Source: Rhodosorus marinus CCMP1338
Taxonomy: Eukaryota > Plantae > Rhodophyta
DNA length: 64,000 bases
Reading direction: 5' to 3'
NCBI GenBank assembly: GCA_029953675.1
Contig: JAMWBK010000008.1
Span: 744,001 to 808,000 of the forward strand
Position 1 is the stretch's first letter; each line of letters starts with the position of its first letter. The notes below the pieces were generated by a model. The model was not told where the DNA came from and did not search any database. It was given only the letters and a program-made list of their open reading frames with translations. Positions 44,258-54,677 of this stretch are shown in pieces. The position numbers and the translations under genes are program-made.

Positions 44258-46525
44258 ATGATGGAGCTGAGGGAAACTGGTATTGGGTTCGCTGGCACTG
44301 TCAGGGTTGGTGGTTTGTGTGAGAATGGCAAGGCCGTCGGAGTTTGCAGGGAAAGGAGGAGGTGGAAGGTGGATGTTAGAAGAGGTGATAGGTCCCGGCT
44401 AATGATGGCGATCAGTGAAGATAGAAAGATGGAGTTGCTGATGAGGAAGAAGCCAAAGTCATCGTTTGTTGAGATAAAGGAGATTCTGAACCTGTTGAGA
44501 CAGGGATATAACAAGTCTGCGTATGTGGCATACATGCAACTTCGAAGAGCGAAGCGTAAGGTGATCACCCGTCCTCAGTATATCTACCTCACCGACCAAC
44601 TGGGACGTCACCACGGACTGCATACAGCTAGAGTTGTCTTTGATGACATGCACCGCAAACACAAGGCATGCGCTCATGGGTTTAACACGCTTTTGAAGGT
44701 TTACGCCGATTCTGGTCATCCCAGAAAGTGCAGAAACTTGTTGGATGAGATGGAAACGAGGTTTGTCACTCCCGATGCGACGTCGTATACGATCCTCATG
44801 CAAGCGTGGTTGCAGAGAGGTGAAATGGATGAGGCATTGGGTGTCTACGATGAGATGGTAGCAGCCAGCATAGAGCCAAACTCCATGACTCTGGAAGTGC
44901 TAATGAAAGGTTTCCTTGCACAGAAGAGATACAAGGCTGTTTTAGCAGTCGACGAGAGCCGCCACGAGTACACGGGCCTTCATGCAAACACTGACGCCCT
45001 CGCTGTTCTCATTCGTGCAAATGCGGCCCTCAAGAACGTTGACAAAGTCCGCGAGAGCTACGAGCTGATGCTGGCCAACTTCGAGGAGTATCGAGTTTGG
45101 AAAGTCGAGGAGGATGCGAGGATTGCCGCCGAAAAGGAAGAGCAGGCACTTCTCGCCGAGAAGGAGGCGGCTGCAGCTGCAGAAGCACTCGCCCAAGCAG
45201 CGGCTGCTGGTGACGTAGGGAACGAAGACTGGGAGTCTGAGGACAGCCTCGAGGAAGTGAAATTGCCGGAAAGCCGCAAGCCCTTTGTTGTGAAGAAGGA
45301 GAAGCAAGCAGAGCGACCTCCGCCTCTGGTGAGCACCATATTCGGAGACGTGGATGACAGTGAGTTGGAAGAGGACTTTGAAGCGCTTGATGACGAGGAG
45401 GCCGCAGACGAATTTTACGAAGAGGATGATGAGGGTTATGAATTCGATGAAGACCAGGACGAAGAATCACGGAGTGCCACGAAGAGAAAGCCTAGACCAG
45501 AATGGCCAGCAACCGTCAAGCTCAACGACAGTGGATTCATTGCCGTGTTAGAAGCGTTCAGCGGGAGACCCGAGGAAATCCACCAAGTCCTCTCAGATAT
45601 GGCGAACAGCCCCGTCCCGCTAACCATCGAAGTGCTGAACGCCGCCATGCTGGGATTCGTGGACGGAGAAGACCTAAACGGCGTCCGTTGGATCTTCGAC
45701 AAAATTGCTGAAGATGATTTAGAGTACCCCGCTCTGGAGGTGCTCAAGCTGAAACTTCGCGGGTTCAGTGCTCTCAACGACCCTGAAGGTGTCTCCCAGG
45801 TGCATCAGATCATGATCAACGGGAATGAGAAACCCGACAAGTACCTCATGAACCTGTTAGTTGACTCCTACAGGCTCTTGGAGCTTCCGACTATGGCAGA
45901 AAAGGCCTTCGAAGAGCTTCGTGGTCTCGGCCTGAAAGGGAACTTGGGAACGTACAACATACTTCTTCAAATGTATGCTGATCGAGGAGCTCCCGAGGAT
46001 GCTGAAGGGGTCATAGACAGAATGACTCGACGCAAGCTTCGAGGAAACACGAGGTCCTACAATCTACTCCTGCAGGCCTATGCCAATGCGGGGGACAGAG
46101 ACCAGTTGATTCCACTATTCCAGAGAATGCACAGCTCAGAAGTTCCCGCAAACGAGCTCACCATGGGAATCCTACTGGACACCATTCTAGAAGGCGGAGA
46201 TGACGAACTTATTGACAATTTGAAGGACGAATTTGATCGAATGGGGGTGGAATGGTCTGAAGCCATGCTGGAAAAGGCTGCGAAATACTACAGTTCCAAA
46301 CCAAACCCAGTAGACGGTCTCGCCGACATGTCTGAACGATTAGCCCTGAGGGAGGAACTCCAGTTGGAAAGCCTTGGACCATTGCTCTCCGCACTGATTG
46401 CGAGCGGCAATCAGACGAGGGCCGAGATATTCATCGAAACCTTGGAAGAGAAGGACCCAGACGACGAAATGTACCAGCAGAAAATCGATGAGCTGTTGAG
46501 AACACAACTAGTAGGAAAACAATAG
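44258..46525 (+). CDS. PPR protein (PPR11), single exon, with a central acidic insertion; probable plastid presequence
   Basis: GIGFAGT near the start. Motifs DATSYTILMQAWLQRG, NLGTYNILLQMYADRG, NTRSYNLLLQAYANAG. A D/E-rich block splits the array. Confidence 0.9.
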   Translation: MMELRETGIGFAGTVRVGGLCENGKAVGVCRERRRWKVDVRRGDRSRLMMAISEDRKMELLMRKKPKSSFVEIKEILNLLRQGYNKSAYVAYMQLRRAKRKVITRPQYIYLTDQLGRHHGLHTARVVFDDMHRKHKACAHGFNTLLKVYADSGHPRKCRNLLDEMETRFVTPDATSYTILMQAWLQRGEMDEALGVYDEMVAASIEPNSMTLEVLMKGFLAQKRYKAVLAVDESRHEYTGLHANTDALAVLIRANAALKNVDKVRESYELMLANFEEYRVWKVEEDARIAAEKEEQALLAEKEAAAAAEALAQAAAAGDVGNEDWESEDSLEEVKLPESRKPFVVKKEKQAERPPPLVSTIFGDVDDSELEEDFEALDDEEAADEFYEEDDEGYEFDEDQDEESRSATKRKPRPEWPATVKLNDSGFIAVLEAFSGRPEEIHQVLSDMANSPVPLTIEVLNAAMLGFVDGEDLNGVRWIFDKIAEDDLEYPALEVLKLKLRGFSALNDPEGVSQVHQIMINGNEKPDKYLMNLLVDSYRLLELPTMAEKAFEELRGLGLKGNLGTYNILLQMYADRGAPEDAEGVIDRMTRRKLRGNTRSYNLLLQAYANAGDRDQLIPLFQRMHSSEVPANELTMGILLDTILEGGDDELIDNLKDEFDRMGVEWSEAMLEKAAKYYSSKPNPVDGLADMSERLALREELQLESLGPLLSALIASGNQTRAEIFIETLEEKDPDDEMYQQKIDELLRTQLVGKQ

Positions 46526-46683
46526 GATCTCGAAGGGGGAAGCAGATTGCGCACATCTGGTTCTTCAGTTTTGGGGATAAAAATCAATAATTAACTCGTG
46601 CTTTCAAAGGTTTCCAGATGAACAGTGGTTCAGTACGAAAAACTGTTTGACCTGCTCGCTTCGGTGGAACTATTCCTGTATCG

Positions 46684-47484
46684 TCACACCTTATCAATAG
46701 CAGGTTCTTTTGCACTTACTTCCTCTGTCCACGTCAACGGCTTGGCGTGGGGCAGGTTTGGTTTCGACATTCTGAAAGCACCGAAGACCCTCTCCGGAAG
46801 TTCGTTTGCTTCCGTGGCCTCAATGAGGAAACCGAGGTCAATAGTCAGCCTGGACGCCTGGTCCATGCACGCCTGAGTAATTCTACTGGCGAAGGATGAT
46901 GTTGCCGTATCACAAATAACGAGCAGGTGTGTATCCGTTTGACGATATCGGAAGTTAAGCCTCTTCCCCAGTAGCCCGGGCTTCTCTCCGACCAGGCGCT
47001 TCAATGAACCGGCGCCATCAACGATTCTAGGAATCACCTTGAACCTTTTCGTACGGAACTCCTCGCTGCCGTTCAAATATTGTTCCCACAAGTCCTTCAT
47101 CACCAGATCGTCATCCAATACCTTGGGTTCAACTCTCCACGTCACAACTAGATGAATAGTCACGGTCTGAAATACTACCATGAGCATGAATCTCTCATCG
47201 CCATTCTTTCTCGCCCTAGCAATCGCCGACTCGGGACACGCTGCATAGTTTTCTACCTTCCCATTTGTCGACTTAAATACCTCAACTTCGACAAGATCGA
47301 AAGCGTTAGGAGCACTCTGCTGCTTCACTCGGTCTGACAAATAGTTCTTGCCTCTCACCCGAAAAGTTTCACCCCGAACGCCACTCCAAGCATTCTTCGA
47401 GTTATCCAAAGGCCCCTCCTGAAACGTCTCAAATTCCTTCGCAGGCGGCCGCAGAGTACTAACTCTCCGAAACCAGGACTTCAT
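46684..47484 (-). CDS. Stand-alone EDR2 C-terminal (DUF1336) domain protein, copy A
   Basis: FRVRGKNYLSDRVK, RFKVIPRIVDG, KPGLLGK and IDLGFLIEATEANELPERVFGAFRM. The ATG at 47484 gives 266 aa, the same length as its paralog. Confidence 0.88.
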   Translation of the reverse strand: MKSWFRRVSTLRPPAKEFETFQEGPLDNSKNAWSGVRGETFRVRGKNYLSDRVKQQSAPNAFDLVEVEVFKSTNGKVENYAACPESAIARARKNGDERFMLMVVFQTVTIHLVVTWRVEPKVLDDDLVMKDLWEQYLNGSEEFRTKRFKVIPRIVDGAGSLKRLVGEKPGLLGKRLNFRYRQTDTHLLVICDTATSSFASRITQACMDQASRLTIDLGFLIEATEANELPERVFGAFRMSKPNLPHAKPLTWTEEVSAKEPAIDKV

Positions 47485-47917
47485 CGAGTCCTTATTCCAA
47501 ACAAAACGAAACCGAAATATAAAAAAACCAGAGTCCGAATCTATACGTTTCTGTCTTTCATCCACCTCTTCTCTTCTGTATCCGCAGCTCCTGGAAACCA
47601 TTCTCACCTACCAATCCTCAACTTACCGTTAGCAGCAAATGGAGACCGTGTTGATGGGACAACACATGGCTGAACGGGACAGGTTTCGGTTTGGCATCTG
47701 TGGAGAGGAACCTGGAAGATTTAGAGTGGCCGTGAGGTTTCATTGAGGTTTCCAAGCGTTTGATAGTGTATGAAGGAGAGCACCCTACAACTTTCCTAAG
47801 TAATCTACCTATTCCCCGACTGCGTTTAACCGGCCAGGTTGGGTTTTCGCATCTGTGGAGAAGGGCCGAGGAGATTCAGAGCGGTTATGAGGTGGTGCTG
47901 AGGTTTCCGACGGATTT

Positions 47918-48630
47918 TTAGTGTAAAAGCGAGCTTCCAACAGCTTTGCTAAGCACTTGACCTCTTCCGCGGCTGGGCAGAATGCCACACCGAGTTTCTG
48001 GGACGCGGTTTGGTTTGCGTCTTGGACAAGCGAACTGAAAATTAGGAGAGATGGCTTGAGGTCTCATTGAAGTTTTCCGGCTATCGATTGTATGTATCGG
48101 AGGGCTTTCGACTGAAAAGCCCTTCACATTCGTCAAACTTGACCACTGAATTCCTAACTGACAGTACGGACGACGGGCGATCGGCTGGATGCGTTGCAAA
48201 GGTCTTGCAAAGAAGGATTCTTCCTGCTCATCCCAATTTCTACGCAAGTCATGGTTCTAGGACGCACTGGAGCAGCGGACCTGAACGAGACAAGAACGGG
48301 CTTGTAACCATCATTAGGCAACGCTTAACTCGCGATTGAGAATCCTCTCCGCTCAGGAGAACTTCAAATGGAGCCTGCTGAATCGGGTTTGCGCAGCATC
48401 GAATCATGGGCGGCCACCTAGCAACTGGTACCAAACTCTGTGGACATGAGGCAAGCGGACGTTCTTTTAAGACGTATCTCCTTCGAATTGAGATAGCCGG
48501 AAGAAAATTTGGATCTTCCTTAGGATATTTAATTGCTAAAAGCAGGTCAGTGTCAATTTTCCATCGCCATGTTGGCAAACTATTCCGGAAACTAGTTACG
48601 AAAACTCGTATTAACTTAGAACAATAATCA
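47918..48630 (-). pseudogene. Putative decayed Ser/Thr kinase relic between the DUF1336 paralogs
   Basis: KIDTDLLLAIKYPKEDPNFLPAISIRRRYVLKE (cf. beta3 VAIK plus the CDK-type P.S.IRE..LLKE helix), then EQEESFFARPLQ...YCQLGIQWSSL (cf. EDEARFFFQQL...YCHSLGIVHRDL). Confidence 0.45.
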
Positions 48631-48887
48631 CCAGACGTCAGCCCGCGACGTCTTCAAGGGGCCGGGAGTTGCGGGAAAGGAGTAAAACGTGTCACCATAA
48701 TTCTACCCTTCCCCAAGAAAGGCATGGTCGTCCGAGGTTTGCCAGAGAGAGCCTAGCAGTCCCGAAAAATGGCAGCTGAGCTCACTGTTGCATCACAAGC
48801 GCGCAAGCAGTCGAATGATTTGTGATGCATTAGGCAAAGATAGAGACAAATCGTGCCCCTGAGAAAATAGGCAGCGGACTCGCTTGC

Positions 48888-49688
48888 TTAAGCCTTGACT
48901 GTTTTCGTCCCGTTCTTTGGTATGTCCTCCGTCCATGTCAGAGGTTTTGCTCCATCCAAGTCTGGTTTCGACATTCTGAACGCACCGAAAAGTCTTTCCG
49001 GAAGCTCCTTCGTAGCTGTGGCCTCAATGAGAAAACCGAGGTCAATCGTCAGTTTTGATGCCTGATCCATGCAGGCTAAGGTAATTCTGCTCGCGAAAGA
49101 AGACGTTACGGTATCACAAACCACCAGCAGATGCGATTCAGTTTGATGGTACCGGAAGCTGAGTCTCTTCCCGAGCAAGCCTGGTTTCTCTCCAACCAAG
49201 CGCCTCAAAAAGAAGCCACCATCTGCAATTCTTGGAATCACCTTAAACCTCTCAGTACGAAACTGCTCACTCCCGTTGAGGTACCGTTCCCACAAGTCCT
49301 TCATCACCGGATCCTCATCCATCACCCTTGGCTCTACCGCCCATGTTACAACCAAATGAATGGTCATGGTTTGAAAAACGACCATTAGCATAAACCTCTT
49401 ATCCCCATTCTTTCTCGCCCTCTGAATAGCCGACTCGGGACACATCGCATAGTTTTCCACTTTTCCAGTGGTCGACTTGAATATTTCCACTTCGACAAGA
49501 TCGAAAGCGTTTGGAGCACTTGGTTCCTTCACTTTGTCGGTTAAATAATCCTTTCCTCTCACTCGGAAAGTCTCCCCTGCGCAACAAGTCCAAGCATTCT
49601 TCGATCCTTCCAAAGGCCCCTCCTGGAACGTCTCAAACTCGAACTCCTTCAACGTCCTCGTACTCACTCTACGAAGGAGGGCCTTCAT
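48888..49688 (-). CDS. Stand-alone EDR2 C-terminal (DUF1336) domain protein, copy B
   Basis: Collinear with copy A over the full length (ETFQEGPL..SKNAW, FRVRGK.YL.D.VK, ELPER.FGAFRMSKP). Confidence 0.9.
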   Translation of the reverse strand: MKALLRRVSTRTLKEFEFETFQEGPLEGSKNAWTCCAGETFRVRGKDYLTDKVKEPSAPNAFDLVEVEIFKSTTGKVENYAMCPESAIQRARKNGDKRFMLMVVFQTMTIHLVVTWAVEPRVMDEDPVMKDLWERYLNGSEQFRTERFKVIPRIADGGFFLRRLVGEKPGLLGKRLSFRYHQTESHLLVVCDTVTSSFASRITLACMDQASKLTIDLGFLIEATATKELPERLFGAFRMSKPDLDGAKPLTWTEDIPKNGTKTVKA

Positions 49689-50617
49689 TTTCGCCCTCTC
49701 CTCTTTTCAACCACCACCACCACCACCACCTCCCACAAAGAACAGAAAGTCTAAATCAATCTACCCTGCTTCCCATAACCACCCTCCACATTCACGATTC
49801 CGCTCTCATCCAGCAGCCCAAACAGTCCCTCAGACTCAGCCTCCCCGGAAACACCCTCACCTCCGAAACGAAACGATCGACCCTTCACCCCTTCCCCACC
49901 ACCAAAAATATGCCCAAATTACTTAACAGTCTCTACGCGTATTCCTCTAACATCCTTATCCAACAATCCATTACCCCACCTCCCATCCCATCCAGGTCAC
50001 TCCTCCCTATGATCTCAGAGGCTTATATGCACTTCTTCCCTCTTCTTCCACCTTCCAAAAGCAACCTTTACGAAAGCCAACCTTTTCAACAACGTAATCA
50101 GAATTTCATTTTTCTCATTTAATTTAACGTTTTAACGATATAATAGTTTCCAAAAAAGGTTAATATATTCTCAATTATTTGATAAGATAGGGTAATATAT
50201 TATCTGTCAGCCCAGCGGAGAACCAACCACAACGTGGCTGCTCAACCAAATCTGATATCGAGCCCCTTACCCCTCTTGCGAGCGTAATTGATAATAGTTT
50301 TTTTATCCCTGAAAAAAATTGCCAATTTTTATGGATTTCGTCCACCCCTAAGTAAAATTCCATTGTATAAGCGCTAAAAGAAGAGATAGTATCAAGGGGT
50401 AGTTAGAAGTATATTCTTGTAAAGTGATAATTTATCCTGTCGACGTTGGGTTAGGGGGGGTAAAGAAGGATTCGGCTCCAGTCCCACCAAAAACGTTGTT
50501 TTCGGGTAGAAATTGGTTTTGGGTTGGAGACCATGTTTAAGTGAAGAACTTTTCCTCTTCAGGGTGGGAAGGTAAGCTTTTTGGCAGTTCTGGAAGTGGT
50601 ATTTGCAAGATGTCAGC

Positions 50618-50830
50618 TCACATCACATTGGAAATGGGAAAAAGTGTCCCGAGAAGGATGCTCTCGTCACAGTATCGCACTGTTTTGCTGACATTTTGCA
50701 TCGCGTGGTTTCTGGTTTGCTCGCGATCGGAGAAGTCTAGAGGATCTTCCGGATTTGATGGGTTGGTCTCGTCTTCTCTTTTGGATAGCAAGCCCTTAGC
50801 GGGCTTTTAATGTGTCGATTGAAGGCTTGA
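50618..50830 (-). pseudogene. Putative decayed kinase fragment (alphaE to catalytic loop)
   Basis: FSDREQTRNHAMQNVSKTVRYCDESILLGTLFPISNVM* (cf. FSEREAR..M.QIVSAVRYCHE..I.HRDLKPENVL). Confidence 0.4.
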
Positions 50831-51755
50831 ATTCTCTCGCATAGTCCGAGCCTCCTTGGCTAAGAAGTCCAGCTTGAAGCAGGTAATATTCCAATAGTAT
50901 TCAGACGTGCAGGTTACCAGAGGGGAAAACATGCTGCGAGGTAAGGATGCTCTGATTACGCTCTACCCAGGGCTATGCACATGGTTCTCCTTGAAAGATT
51001 AGCTTTGCACATATCAGCGTACTCGTCAAACCCATTGGCTTCTCAATTTCGCACAATCCCAGCGATCGCCGGCTGGAACATACCCTCTACAGCATCGGAG
51101 TACCCTAATGACCTCCAAAAAATTGGTTAACACAACTACCTGCTTACCCTGCCTAGCTCTCAGTGCTTCATGCAAACATCGCGCAGCACTGGCATTGATA
51201 CGAAGAGGCCGCGAAAAAAAAAAAAAAAACCGGCAGAAAAGCATAAGACCTGACTGCTGCTACCAGTCAGAGCCTGTTGTGGAACTGACGATCCGTCTTT
51301 TCCCCTCAGGCAAACCGTGAGAGGAGACGATCGTAGGTACATTCACACCATACCTTGGCCAACCACCTCACACTTGGCTAGCCTTTGCTCGGACTGAAGG
51401 TCTCCACATCAAAACTCACTTCAAACATATCAATCAAAACATACATATAAGTGATTGATATCAATCAGTTCTCAGCTGGTTTATCTCCTCCATCGCCGAC
51501 GGCGTCGACCTGTCGCTTTTTAAACAAAAAACAAAAACGAGGGTTTATAGGACAGCTGTCTATTCCCAGGAAAGGCGAAAGTGGCCGCCAAGGCATTTTT
51601 CTTAGCGAAAGTTGCGGACGGGGAAGTAATTGCATCTCTGTTGACTTGGGGTTGGAAAAGGTGAGTGGGGTCTGAGGTGGTTGGAGAGTGCTGAGAAGAG
51701 CTTGTTTTGTCTAAAGATACTTGGTACATACATAAATATATATATATAACTCGAA

Positions 51756-52635
51756 ATGGGTGATAGTCGTGTTGTATTGAGAAGAAGGGGTACCTACAGG
51801 ACCAGGTGCAACCGGATCAGGAAGTGAGTTTTTGTTGTTGCCTCCGTGTTTCGTCTGTTGTGCTGGTGAATGTGTTTTGTTATTGACTTTGTTGGTTGTG
51901 TTGTTTTATGGCTTGTTTCTACTTAGGGTGAAAACTCCGGGTGGTAAGCTCGTTGTCCAATACATCAAGAAGACTGGGAAGATCCCTCGATGTGGTGATA
52001 CAGGCCACCTGCTCAACGGAGTTGCTGCAGTTCGCCCGAAGGAGCTGGCCAAGCTGTCCAAGCCGAAGAAGTCTGTAACTAGAATATACGGAGGATGTTT
52101 GAGCGCCGGGGCTGTGCGATCTAGGTAAGCTTGTTGTGCCCAAGTTCTATGGCATGAACTACCATCTTTGGGAAAGGTTGTTTGTACATATGATTTGCGT
52201 AATTTGCGATGAGAAAAGCATGTGGTTAGCATGAGAGCGTTAGTTTGGGCTTAAGAACGCTCCTCAGCGGCTCAAGAATGATGAAGAGGCGATTCCCCCG
52301 TATTAGTGAAGCCGGATTCTTCCGTCTTCGTGCTATGAAATATTCGCTCACTCGGAGAGTCAGTCCTCTCCACTCTGACTGCTACAACTCGCTCTATTTC
52401 AAAAATGCCTTTCGCATTTGAGGTTAACCGATTAGAATTTGGTCTCACTGCTGCGTCAATGTTTCAACCTAGTAATTCTTGTGTGAGATATTTGCCATGC
52501 TCATTGTGGAGTAAGTAACCTGACGTCGTGTTTTTCCACCTTTTTTTCGTTGTTGACAGAATTATTAGAGCTTTCTTGATTGAGGAGAAGCAGATTGTGA
52601 AGAAGGCTCTCAAGAGCCAGAAGGGAGGGAAATAA
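51756..52635 (+). CDS. RPL34: 60S ribosomal protein L34/eL34 (exons 51756-51823, 51927-52124, 52560-52635)
   Basis: RIRKVKTPGGKLVVQY...RPKEL..[42 protein letters not shown] after removal of two GT-AG introns. Confidence 0.96.
52278..52378 (+). ncRNA. Candidate intronic box C/D snoRNA in RPL34 intron 2
   Basis: Box C ATGATGA at 52278, C'-like ATGAAA, and box D CTGA at 52375, inside a 435-nt intron. No rRNA guide was confirmed. Confidence 0.3.
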
Positions 52636-53021
52636 GTAACGAAACTGAATAAAGCTGTATTCCTCTTACGCTTCTGAGCGAAACCCAGTCGGGTGTCTCC
52701 TGCCACTTGAGTTGTATTGTGCTTGTCCGTGCAGTGGTTAGCACGCATGCAGTCGTAGAAAATCAAGAGGGTCGAACATTGTAGAAGGGCCAATAATATT
52801 CTCTATTGTTAGCGAGGGATTTCTAGTGATGCACTAGAAAAAGTGGCAGCATGAGGGGATGATGCACATTCCTCGTTTCCAACTCAGGCGATCTTCTGAT
52901 CTGGAGCATCTGTTTAAACTCCTATCCAGAATCTAACATTTTCCATGGGTTTGCTCCCGCATATGCTAATCCGTCCTCTATAAAACCTAGTTTCGTTCTA
53001 TGTGACACAACCCAGCAGCGC

Positions 53022-54677
53022 TTATGGGACGCGGAAAAATACCGCTCCCGCAAGCATGAAGTAGCCACAAACCAACACCATACCTTCCAACCAGTTGGTG
53101 GTGAAATCACGCAGCATTGTGTTAACGATGAAGACTGCCATAAAAACGCACATCGATTCGAGAATATGAAAATCTAAAGTTAGGCGGGGAGATCCGCCGA
53201 TTATCCAGGAGATGAGTACCATCAGCGGAGAGACAAACGCGGCGATCTGAACACTGGACCCACACGCGATTCCAATGCTAAGATCCAGCTTATCCTTCAT
53301 AGCCACAGTCACGGCGCTCATGTGCTCGGCTGCATTTCCTACCAGTGGAAGGAGCATCAGCGAGACGAAGGTAGATCCCAAGTTGAGTTGTTCCGAGAAT
53401 CCTGCAACGCTGTCCACCAAGTAGTCCGAATTAACTGCCACGAGAAGGACAGAAACCTACGTGAAATCAAGCCGGATCGTGATGTCAGTACACGGTCAAC
53501 TCGGCGAGGATGAGAACAAAAGACTTTCTTCGAGTGGACTGCTGAAGCCTCCAGGACTTACAACCAGAACTGCCATAGCGGTGAGCAAGCTCGGAGAGTC
53601 TTCGCCCGCGCCCTCCCCTTCCACTTCTTCGTTGGCAAACTGTGATGCATGTGTAAACAGCTGAAAGAAAAGGTAGCTGAAGTAGAGGACCAACAAGCAA
53701 ATGGAGATCACGAGAGAAACATTCTCATCAAGGTGCAACTTTTTCTCGGTCGATGACATCGTAGAAGTGAAGGCAGTTGGGAGAAGAAAGCCAAAGGAAG
53801 CCATGACTAGCAATCCAGCATTTGCCTCTGAGACTACAGGGTTCACTTTCTGTTCCATGTAGACGTAGCCTGGGACAGTACGGAATTGGGACAGGGTTGG
53901 TGGTCATCGATCCTGCTCCAATAGTGTCCCTTGCGGATTTCAGATTGATCTATGCGCTACTTACCACCACAGAGAAGACTCATCCCAAGGACGAGGAACA
54001 GGTTGGACAAGATCGATCCAACCAAAGTAGCCTTGATAACATCAAGTAGGCCTGCTCTCAGCGCGTTTATCGACAGGATAAGCTCCACGGCATTTCCGAA
54101 TGTTGCATTAAGCAATCCTCCAATAGTTTCGTTTGTGTGCAGAGCGATGTCCTCCGTGGCTTTCCCGAGGATCATAGCGAGCGGCAGGATAGCCAGAAAG
54201 TTAAACGTGAACACGAGGTAGTCCTGCCATCCAAAATATCCCGAAACAAGTCCCAGTGGCACGAAGACTAGCAGAATATTCAGCCAGGACATAGCATATG
54301 TTTCTGTTGCGTAACGCCAGAATTAGGACGAGTCGGAAACAAGAGAAAGAGGTAGGAGTCTTTAAATCAGAAAAAGTAGGACTGGTACGTCAACGAGATC
54401 CAAAGCGCGGTAGGGGGAGAGCAGGACGACAATCGTTGCAGAGAATGCTAGCTGTACTAGAATTGAGATTGAAGACTGCATTTAGCATACCTAAGCCGAG
54501 ATGCATTCCCATCCGCCGCGTCTGAATGAACGACGGGGTAGCTCGACCAGAATCATTATTTCCCCATGGCAGACTGCGGGTTTCCCTCACAAGATTAGTC
54601 TTCGCCGTCGGGGCAGAAATCGAATCATATCCCCGAGAACCTCCCGCTGCTCCCCTCTCGCGGGCGTCAATATCCAT
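53022..54677 (-). CDS. CAX: Vacuolar Ca2+(cation)/H+ exchanger, CAX family (exons 54677-54491, 54303-53965, 53869-53562, 53456-53022)
   Basis: alpha-1 repeat [22 protein letters not shown], acidic loop EEVEGEG, alpha-2 repeat [11 protein letters not shown] and SSVQIA. All introns are GT-AG and in frame. Confidence 0.94.

Noticed and set aside
47680-47910. Short repeats gcatctgtggaga (x2) and gaggtttc (x3)
   Set aside because: Too short and irregular to call an array or element.
50849-50865. agcctccttggctaaga resembles U2 snRNA stem I
   Set aside because: The invariant GTGTAGTA branch-pairing sequence does not follow, and there is no Sm site.
50883-50970. Two 30-nt GT...AG segments (50883-50912, 50941-50970) suggesting micro-introns of a hidden + strand gene
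   Set aside because: Spliced products are short and unrecognisable, and real introns here are 90 nt or longer.
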